Shown: one piece after another, positions 48,653 through 55,170 of the stretch
How positions within the stretch are numbered: position 1 is the first letter of the stretch
How the letters are laid out: every line of letters starts with the position of its first letter
Assembly: GCA_002700865.1 (NCBI GenBank)
Contig: PAFB01000149.1
Coordinates: 1 to 55,170 of the forward strand
Length of the DNA stretch: 55,170 nt
From: Rhodospirillaceae bacterium
GTDB taxonomy: Bacteria; Pseudomonadota; Alphaproteobacteria; UBA7985
Reading direction: 5' to 3'
Notes under the pieces: model-generated
Told to the model about the DNA's origin: nothing
Databases searched by the model: none
What the model saw: only the letters and a program-made list of their open reading frames with translations
Program-made: the position numbers and the translations under genes

Positions 48653-48850
48653 TCAGCTGTCGTTCTGGCGCATCAGCTCTTCTTTTAGACTGCGAATTTC
48701 GCGGCGTGCCTCCAGCAATTCTGCCTCCAGTCGGTCCCGCTCCTCGCGGACGCCCGCGACCCAGCGGAAGAAATTCATCGGAATGGCGAGCGCGCCAATC
48801 ACGACCACGGTGAGACCGACGAGCAGGAGAATGGCGATCAGGGGTGCCAT
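48653..48850 (-). CDS. Small membrane/coiled-coil protein (mirror copy)
   Basis: Exact mirror twin of 6321..6518(+). Confidence 0.4.
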   Translation of the reverse strand: MAPLIAILLLVGLTVVVIGALAIPMNFFRWVAGVREERDRLEAELLEARREIRSLKEELMRQNDS

Positions 48851-48968
48851 AGGAGAACCTTTCCAGAAGAGATGATGAGGGCGGAGCAGTAAACCTGTGC
48901 GGAGAAACACGTTGGGCCAGAGATGGGGTTTAGGAGGCCCAAGGCAAACCTGCGGCGGTCAGATAGGA

Positions 48969-50498
48969 TCAATCCACTTTCAGATCGACAGGAGTCGGCG
49001 GACCAAGATCAAGCACGCGATAGCCAACATTCCCATCCCAGTTGGGGTGAGCCTCGGCCGGGTTCAACGCCGCACCTGCGCGGTTGATCCGGTCGCGGCA
49101 CAGGTCGGCGATGGTCGTGTAGCCCGCTTTGCCTGCTGCCGAGGACGGCTCCACTGGCACATCGAGTTGTACCAGCACAAAGCGTCGCTGATGCCCGTCT
49201 TCGGCGTTGAGTGACAGCAGCGCATCGGCTGTCGTGCCTGAGCCGCCGAAGAAGTCCAGTACGATATCATTTCCTTGCGTAGTATAGGCGAGCAGGTCAC
49301 GCATCAACCGTATGTGCTTGGGGTTGAGGAACACCTTAGTCCCCATAAGCCGGGTCAGATACTGGGTGTTGTATTGAGCATCATAGAGCCCCCAAGACGA
49401 TTTGATCGGAATGTTGGCGTTGCGGAAGGCGTTGAAATACTCCTTCATCCGCACTTGTCCGCCGTCAGCCTTGGGGAACAGCAATTCACCCGCCGCTGCC
49501 TTGCGCGCCATTTCCGCTGGGCTAAAGGCCCAGACATCGCGGAACCGTCGCCCGGTTGCGGGATCTTCGACGTCGAAGGCCTCGCGTGGGTCTTTCACGG
49601 TCGATTTGCAGTTGGTGTTGCGCCAGGGACCACGCGGGTCATTGTCGGGGTTGTAAAAGCCTTCCTCACTGCGTGGTCGCCCGATGAATGAAAAGGCGGA
49701 AGAGCGCTGGAAAACCAGCATGTATTCGTGAACCCCGGCGATCATCTTCGTTGGCGGAACGCCTTTGGCCGAAGATTTCTTGTCGTAGACCATGCACTCG
49801 ACAAAGTTTTCCGCGCCAAACACTTCTTCACAGAGCTTCCAGAGGTTGGGGAGCTCGTGCTCATCAATGGAAATAACGATGCAGCCGTCTTCGCGCAGCA
49901 AGTCACGCGCCACAATCAATCGCGGCAGCATGAAGCTCAGCCAGTCCGCGTGAATGCGGCCGTGGTGATCGGCGTCGTCGTCGAACGCCTTCTGGCCTTC
50001 TGGATCGGTCGTCTTGGGTTTGCGCGCGGTGTAAGAGCGGAGGCTTTCGCGGAAGTTATCGGGATAAATGAAGGCGTTGCCGGTGTTGTAGGGTGGATCG
50101 ATGTAGATCAAACGCACCTTTCCGGCGAGTGAGTCGGTGCCTGACCCTTCCCGCAGCAGCTTCAGCGCAGCGAGGTTATCGCCGATGATAAGCTGGTTGC
50201 TGGTGGTCTCAGGGTCCTTACTCAGGTCCGGGCGGGGTTGAAACTGCACGGAAACCGGGGCCGTAGCCTGCTGCCGGGCTGCTGTCTTCCCCGGCCATGT
50301 GAAGGCGTAGCTTTCGACCTGTGTCAGCATGGTCTTTTCAGCGGAGCAGTACGCGTCGCCTAACGCTGCCTGCAGTGCCGTGTGCAGCTGTTCGGGTGCG
50401 ACCCGCAGCGTAACCTGCCCGGTTTCGGGGTCTTGAGTTTCTGTTACGCTGCCGGGAAAAAGCTGCTGGAGTCGCTCAATTTTGTCCCTGGCGCTCAT
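48969..50498 (-). CDS. Type III Mod-like DNA methyltransferase (mirror copy)
   Basis: Exact mirror twin of 4673..6202(+). Confidence 0.85.
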   Translation of the reverse strand: MSARDKIERLQQLFPGSVTETQDPETGQVTLRVAPEQLHTALQAALGDAYCSAEKTMLTQVESYAFTWPGKTAARQQATAPVSVQFQPRPDLSKDPETTSNQLIIGDNLAALKLLREGSGTDSLAGKVRLIYIDPPYNTGNAFIYPDNFRESLRSYTARKPKTTDPEGQKAFDDDADHHGRIHADWLSFMLPRLIVARDLLREDGCIVISIDEHELPNLWKLCEEVFGAENFVECMVYDKKSSAKGVPPTKMIAGVHEYMLVFQRSSAFSFIGRPRSEEGFYNPDNDPRGPWRNTNCKSTVKDPREAFDVEDPATGRRFRDVWAFSPAEMARKAAAGELLFPKADGGQVRMKEYFNAFRNANIPIKSSWGLYDAQYNTQYLTRLMGTKVFLNPKHIRLMRDLLAYTTQGNDIVLDFFGGSGTTADALLSLNAEDGHQRRFVLVQLDVPVEPSSAAGKAGYTTIADLCRDRINRAGAALNPAEAHPNWDGNVGYRVLDLGPPTPVDLKVD

Positions 50499-50571
50499 GA
50501 CCCGAAAGCCCCCATCATGCGATCCCTAACTGTCGGCTGGTCGCTAGCCTCACGGACGTTGTCTTCATGAA

Positions 50572-50799
50572 ATGGTCCGCGTCCTCAATGCTCGTTTTCC
50601 TGACCATCGATCGGACGTTACCACAGAGATCGTCGGCAATCAGCGCGCATATTTTCTCGCACAGCTTAAGCGCGATGGCCCGGCCGCTCTCCCTGCGAAC
50701 AATGGAGTATACTTCTGGGTGATGTCTGTCTTAGTGCAAGAGGCGCAGCTCAGGCACTATCGCGCATTCCACCGGGCGCTTAGCCCTGAATTTGCTTGA
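50572..50799 (+). CDS. Hypothetical 75-aa ORF (weak, mirror copy)
   Basis: Exact mirror of 4372..4599(-). Confidence 0.25.
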   Translation: MVRVLNARFPDHRSDVTTEIVGNQRAYFLAQLKRDGPAALPANNGVYFWVMSVLVQEAQLRHYRAFHRALSPEFA

Positions 50800-50855
50800 G
50801 CACCTAAAAAGACACTAGAATGAACCTAAGCGAGCTGTAGCCAGGAGATAAAGCC

Positions 50856-51341
50856 ATGAAAGCAATACCTATTTTCCGCGACCTTCTGGTCTCAGTACTG
50901 GCCTTGGCCATTGCGAGCACAGCAGTTGCCGCGGACGACGTCTACATTTGTCCGGTCGAGGAAATAGTCGGTTTCGAGAAGCTGCCTGGCGGTGCTACGG
51001 CCGAAAATCGGCTGGGTTGGGGCCTAACCGTCGATACGTTGGGGCCAGAAGATATCGTCTACAAGCTTGTGGTTTCGGATAAGGGCGAGATTTCCGTTTT
51101 CGTAAGTACCGAAGGCAGCGATTATCTGGACCTAAACGATATCTATACCTTTGGTATCGATACCTTTCAGCAGGGCGTGCTTGCGCTCTCTGGTGGAGCA
51201 GATATCGAGGCGGGTATGACGCGCTTTAACTTTGCTTTCGATGTCGGAGAGATGAGCATGGTGCTTCACATTAGCAGTGTTTATTCCAATGAAGTTTCGC
51301 TGAGCACGTCCGCATTCCTTTATACTGGGAAATGCACTTAA
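50856..51341 (+). CDS. Hypothetical exported protein, 161 aa (mirror copy)
   Basis: Exact mirror twin of 3830..4315(-). Confidence 0.6.
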   Translation: MKAIPIFRDLLVSVLALAIASTAVAADDVYICPVEEIVGFEKLPGGATAENRLGWGLTVDTLGPEDIVYKLVVSDKGEISVFVSTEGSDYLDLNDIYTFGIDTFQQGVLALSGGADIEAGMTRFNFAFDVGEMSMVLHISSVYSNEVSLSTSAFLYTGKCT

Positions 51342-51368
51342 GCCTTTCTTGGGGGAGAAGACCAGGCC

Positions 51369-51866
51369 ATGACATCTTCGAATGAGGCCAAAGGCCCATT
51401 GTCTCTCGACGCTCCAGCCCCAGTAGTTCGCACGGGCAATAACTCTGTGGTTTGGGCGGCACTGGCCGGGCTGTTGCAAGTAGCGCTTGCTATATCCGCT
51501 GGCGTTATTGCTTACTGGCAGGTTACGGAGCAGTGGGCCGTGCAGAACGAGCAGGCTGCCCGTGATGCCTTCAAGGACTTTCTCAAAATTTCCATGGACA
51601 ACCCGGCAATTTCCGGTGGGTTACTCAGCGATTATGAGTACACAGAGCAAGATGATGAGCGATATTTCTGGTACGTAACGCTCATGACTGAAACTTTTGA
51701 ACAGGTGTTGGCTTACGTCCCCAATGTCCAGGCGTGGATTGATCTGCTGGAACTGCAAGTCGACATTCACTGCGAATTCTATGCTTCTGAAGGTTTTCAG
51801 CCGGAACTCTACAGCACGCGGTTGCAGACGGTCGTCGATAAGGTTCTGGCGCAGGGCGAGTGCTAG
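51369..51866 (+). CDS. Hypothetical membrane-anchored protein, 165 aa (mirror copy)
   Basis: Exact mirror twin of 3305..3802(-). Confidence 0.55.
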   Translation: MTSSNEAKGPLSLDAPAPVVRTGNNSVVWAALAGLLQVALAISAGVIAYWQVTEQWAVQNEQAARDAFKDFLKISMDNPAISGGLLSDYEYTEQDDERYFWYVTLMTETFEQVLAYVPNVQAWIDLLELQVDIHCEFYASEGFQPELYSTRLQTVVDKVLAQGEC

Positions 51867-51946
51867 TGCCGGGAGGCAAGCTGTTGCGGGCAACAGAGCT
51901 GGGCTTGTGTCTACCTGAATTCCCCTAAAAAAGTGGATAGAAAGCC

Positions 51947-52729
51947 ATGCACCTACTCAATTCAGGCATTCACGCAACACTCTTTGCGCTCGTCGCGATT
52001 TTAGTACATCCCGGTTCCGCTCTGTCACAGAGCACCTGCCCGGACAAGCTCCGGGGCAATGGCGTCGACACCTTCGGCGTTCCGGTCTGTGCCACAGACC
52101 AGGTCAGCAACCGCGCGCTTGTTCACGCAAACAAGGTGATGCGCAGCCTGCTTGACTACGACCAGAATGGCGTTCCTGACAGCCCGGTTGTACTCGATGA
52201 AGTACTCGATAGCGGTGCGTTTTTCGCCGTCTTTCCAAACGAGCGAGCAGCAGACCGCCTTTTCGACAGTCTGAATGACAGCCAGCATGAGACTTACGAT
52301 GCTCTCGTCTCAGTCTTCGAAGACGAGATGGACATCAGCGGCCGTGAAGGCTGGGACCCAACCATCGAAGAGGCGCTGCACCTCATCACCCAGTTTGGCT
52401 ACGCCGAAGTCTTTCCGGACATCTTCGGGGAGTTCCGTGGTAGCGCCATAGCCGACCTGATGGATGAAGCCCGCGGCGGTTATCACGCACGCGTGCCTAA
52501 CCGATATCCCAATGGTGCTTACTACACCTACGATGATCGAACCTGTGACTACAGCTGTCAGGTGACCGAGTTCACCTTCTGGGCTATCACCTCTATGCGT
52601 GGACTGAACCGACTGCGGGCCGACGATATAGGCCAAGAGTGGCGCCTCCATACCCCCGCGCTGATGCAGCAACGGGCACCGGCATTGGTCACGCTGCTGC
52701 GCGACCCATCGTACGGTATCCTGTTTTAA
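51947..52729 (+). CDS. Hypothetical exported protein, 260 aa (mirror copy)
   Basis: Exact mirror twin of 2442..3224(-). Confidence 0.6.
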   Translation: MHLLNSGIHATLFALVAILVHPGSALSQSTCPDKLRGNGVDTFGVPVCATDQVSNRALVHANKVMRSLLDYDQNGVPDSPVVLDEVLDSGAFFAVFPNERAADRLFDSLNDSQHETYDALVSVFEDEMDISGREGWDPTIEEALHLITQFGYAEVFPDIFGEFRGSAIADLMDEARGGYHARVPNRYPNGAYYTYDDRTCDYSCQVTEFTFWAITSMRGLNRLRADDIGQEWRLHTPALMQQRAPALVTLLRDPSYGILF

Positions 52730-52933
52730 GCCCTATGCTCCGCCCTTTGCGCCTCGAGCCTTTTGACGGGCTTTGAGAAATGGCGATTGCCGTGCCTTAT
52801 TCCATGTTCGCTGGTCGCGGATCGCGCGGCTGGACCATGACGGCGATCCGGCGATCCGCTCGTGGTTGTATCGCGTTCGGACTCTGACTGGTTTCATCAC
52901 TATGCCCGGCATCCACAACCTACACGAACTGCG

Positions 52934-53842
52934 TTAGGGTTTCGGCCAATGGCGCTGGGCAGCACCCAGATCGAGTTCAATTTCCTTCAGTCGATGGACG
53001 AAGGAGCGCACCTTGGTGGTACGGTGCAGATCAACATGGGTGACAATCCAGAAATCAATTGTCCAGTCCGAGCGCGGTGCCACGACTTCAACGAGGTCCG
53101 GGTCTTGCTCGGCCTCGGCCTGCCACATTGGGCCGATACAGTGGCCCTGGACCACGGCGCTGTGCCCGATCAGCAGGCTGTCGGTGCGCAGGGCAATGCT
53201 CTTTGGCGGTACGTTCTGCTCAATCCATTCTAGCGGCCCGACGTGGTAGGAGACCTCGCCCCCCGCGCAGAAACGGTGCTGTTCGAAGTCGGCGTCTGAG
53301 GTCGGGATGCCATACTGCTGTGTGTAGCTCTTGTGGGCGAAGAGGCCGAGGCTGTGACTACTGTGATGGAGCACCACGAAATCCGGGTTGCTGGGTCGAC
53401 CACCTGCCCGGAGGGCAACATGGGCCTCACCAAATTCCATCCGCATCAGTTGCTCGGTGGTGACGATGCGGCAAGAGACGGCGGGGAAATCCCGCTGCAT
53501 GCGGATCATGGCGCGCACTAGCGTAACTTCGAAGCCGGGTAAGGCGGTGATGATTAGCTCGCCCGAGGGCTCGTCCCGCCGGTGTCGTGCTCGGCCCAGC
53601 CACTGGGTCAGCTCGTCATCTGCGCGGCTGCCGACTTCAAGTAGCTCTTGGCCCACGTCGGTAGGCGTGTAGCCGCGTTGGTGGCGCTGGAACAGCTTCG
53701 ACCCTAGCTCGGTTTCCAGCGCGTCGATATGGCGGAGGATGGTGGCGCGGTGCACGCCCAGCGCATCGGCTGCCGCCGAGACGGTGCCAAGCTTCGCCAC
53801 CATGTAGGCGCTTCTGACTTCCGTCCACGCGACCACGCTCAC
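52934..53842 (-). CDS. LysR-family transcriptional regulator (mirror copy)
   Basis: Exact mirror twin of 1329..2237(+). Confidence 0.85.
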   Translation of the reverse strand: MSVVAWTEVRSAYMVAKLGTVSAAADALGVHRATILRHIDALETELGSKLFQRHQRGYTPTDVGQELLEVGSRADDELTQWLGRARHRRDEPSGELIITALPGFEVTLVRAMIRMQRDFPAVSCRIVTTEQLMRMEFGEAHVALRAGGRPSNPDFVVLHHSSHSLGLFAHKSYTQQYGIPTSDADFEQHRFCAGGEVSYHVGPLEWIEQNVPPKSIALRTDSLLIGHSAVVQGHCIGPMWQAEAEQDPDLVEVVAPRSDWTIDFWIVTHVDLHRTTKVRSFVHRLKEIELDLGAAQRHWPKP

Positions 53843-53894
53843 CCCCGCCTGTTGCTGCCGTTGTCGGCCTATATTGGCGACCGGCCGGGTTGCT

Positions 53895-54029
53895 TCAACG
53901 CTCTTTGTTCTGCTGCTTGAGCTCGTAGGCCTCTTTTTTCTTCTGATAGTCCTCTTCAGACAGGGCGTGCCAGCCCATGCAGAAACCGGTGACGGAGTGG
54001 CCGCAGCCGCAGCGGGGTTTTTCGTTCAT
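53895..54029 (-). CDS. Small Cys-rich hypothetical protein, 44 aa (mirror copy)
   Basis: Exact mirror twin of 1142..1276(+). Confidence 0.45.
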   Translation of the reverse strand: MNEKPRCGCGHSVTGFCMGWHALSEEDYQKKKEAYELKQQNKER

Positions 54030-54247
54030 TGTTACCTCTTGAGTTGGTTGGTCAGGCGGCAGGGTCGTTGATCGCAGGGGCTGACGAAATGCGCGATCCT
54101 GCGCAGAGCCTGTACCGATCTCGCGCAGTTTGTGCAGGGGAACCGCCACCGCTGCCAAACGCCTTTCTGAACAATCAATCCGTTCGGGCGGTTGGCCCAC
54201 ATCGCCAGCCTATTGCTCTAGGTGCTTTAAACTGATTTTCTAGTGGC

Positions 54248-55036
54248 TTGCGCAAACCACGTGCGACCCGGCTTATGACCTTGAAGACCACCCTCGCCGC
54301 TGGCCCTATGACCGCGACCTTTGCCTCCCTGAAGGACCCGGCCGTCGCCGGCGTGTTGGCTCAGGCTGGATTTGGCTGCATCGTCATTGACCGCGAACAC
54401 GCCGTCATGGGGGTGGAAACCGCCGCTGGCCTGATCATGGCCAGCCAGCGCGCCGGCCTGAGCGCCATCACCCGCATCCCCGAACTCGCCCGCGCGGCAG
54501 TGCAGGACGCGCTCGAAGCCGGTTCTGACGGTATTCTAGCGCCCATGGTCGAGAGCGCTGCGCAGGCCAAGCAACTGGCCAGCTGGTGCCGCTATCCACC
54601 CGAAGGCACACGCGGCGTCCATCCACTGACACCCGCGACCGGTTACGGCGCCATTCCCATGCCGCAGATGTTCCGCGCCGCCAATCAGCAGGTGCTGGTC
54701 TGCGCACAGATCGAGACCGCCGCCGGGTTGGAGCAGGCCGGGGCCATCGCCAAAACCGACGGGATCGACCTGCTGTTCTTCGGTCCCGGGGACATGGCCG
54801 TTTCACTCGGTGTCGGCATGGACGACCCGCGGCTCGCCGAGGCCTTCGAGCGCGTGCTCGCGGTGGCGGGCAAGGCGGGCAAGCTGGTTGGAACCTTCGC
54901 CATGAACGCCGAGGGCGCCCATCGCGCCGCCGCCGCCGGGGCCCGGCTGCTGGTTCTGGGCAGCGACCTTGCCTTGCTCAAGCAGGCGGGAACCGAGGCC
55001 AGCGAAGGCCTCAAGCGGCGTCTGCAAAGACCATGA
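54248..55036 (+). CDS. HpcH/HpaI-family aldolase (mirror copy)
   Basis: Exact mirror twin of 135..923(-). Confidence 0.8.
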   Translation: MRKPRATRLMTLKTTLAAGPMTATFASLKDPAVAGVLAQAGFGCIVIDREHAVMGVETAAGLIMASQRAGLSAITRIPELARAAVQDALEAGSDGILAPMVESAAQAKQLASWCRYPPEGTRGVHPLTPATGYGAIPMPQMFRAANQQVLVCAQIETAAGLEQAGAIAKTDGIDLLFFGPGDMAVSLGVGMDDPRLAEAFERVLAVAGKAGKLVGTFAMNAEGAHRAAAAGARLLVLGSDLALLKQAGTEASEGLKRRLQRP

Positions 55037-55170
55037 GCCTGCGCGTCGCCGTTATCGGAGCCGGACCGGCGGGCGGCCTGATCGCCGGTCTGCTGGCCCG
55101 CGAGGGCCACCGCGTCACCCTCGGCGATCGCCGCGACCGCGCGGCCATGGAGGCTAACGAAGACCGCTCG
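55033..55170 (+). CDS. FAD/NAD(P)-binding oxidoreductase, N-terminal 46 codons only (mirror copy, runs off the window edge)
   Basis: Exact mirror of 1..138(-). ATG 55033 overlaps the aldolase stop (ATGA). Confidence 0.6.
   Translation, partial: MSLRVAVIGAGPAGGLIAGLLAREGHRVTLGDRRDRAAMEANEDRS

Larger units (their letters stand above)
1..55170. repeat. Perfect zero-spacer palindrome (giant inverted repeat): arm A 1..27585 is the reverse complement of arm B 27586..55170
   Basis: All ORF-track entries occur as twins with identical translations on opposite strands and coordinates summing to 55171, e.g. 135..923(-)/54248..55036(+) and 19200..21818(+)/33353..35971(-). Nt 1-30 equal the revcomp of nt 55141-55170. 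Hand-checked intergenic stretches 2221-2280/52891-52950, 19081-19140/36031-36090 and 26101-26130/29041-29070 are exact. Confidence 0.97.

Noticed and set aside
1-55170. Inverted duplication mediated by IS elements, a transposon or an integron. Also CRISPR arrays, tRNA and rRNA genes
   Set aside because: No transposase- or integrase-like ORF is visible. There are no terminal-inverted-repeat-bounded units other than the global palindrome, no short direct-repeat/spacer arrays, and no tRNA-like T-loop or acceptor signatures in the few intergenic regions longer than 100 nt.

Overview
The 55,170-nt window is one perfect palindrome with no spacer. Nt 1..27585 are the exact reverse complement of nt 27586..55170. 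Every ORF in the supplied track has a twin with an identical translation on the opposite strand, and the twin coordinates sum to 55171. Both termini and every intergenic stretch I hand-checked agree, and the centre reads GAGCGTCATGC|GCATGACGCTC. Only 27,585 nt (about 29 genes) are unique, each present twice in mirror orientation. The axis sits exactly at the window midpoint, cuts through an ORF, and the outer ends cut another gene. I see no telomere resolvase, replication, partition, transposase or integrase gene. I therefore rate this as most likely a technical fold-back: a missed SMRTbell adapter, a nanopore fold-back, or an MDA inverted chimera of one ~27.6-kb chromosomal fragment. A hairpin-ended linear replicon, a dimer junction of one, or a palindromic amplification is the less likely but exciting alternative. 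The unique content is GC-rich proteobacterial-type chromosomal DNA. I infer a marine heterotroph from its DMSP genes. In arm A order it contains: a truncated FAD oxidoreductase; an HpcH-type aldolase; a 44-aa Cys-rich ORF and a LysR regulator; a lower-GC islet with three exported or membrane proteins of unknown function and an orphan Mod-like DNA methyltransferase; a tandem of DddP and a DddL-like cupin (two unrelated DMSP-lyase families); a LysE exporter; a DUF3422 protein; a MatB-like acyl-CoA synthetase; a DmdA-like aminomethyltransferase; adenine deaminase; a DsbA-like protein; an HCCA-isomerase-like protein; an FAH-family hydrolase; Ohr; an unusually long DUF1800 protein with its DUF1501 partner; MarR and a divergent membrane protein; an alpha/beta hydrolase, an LLM flavin oxidoreductase and a LysR regulator; and an ORF fragment abutting the axis. 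I recognised no rRNA, tRNA, CRISPR array or mobile element.
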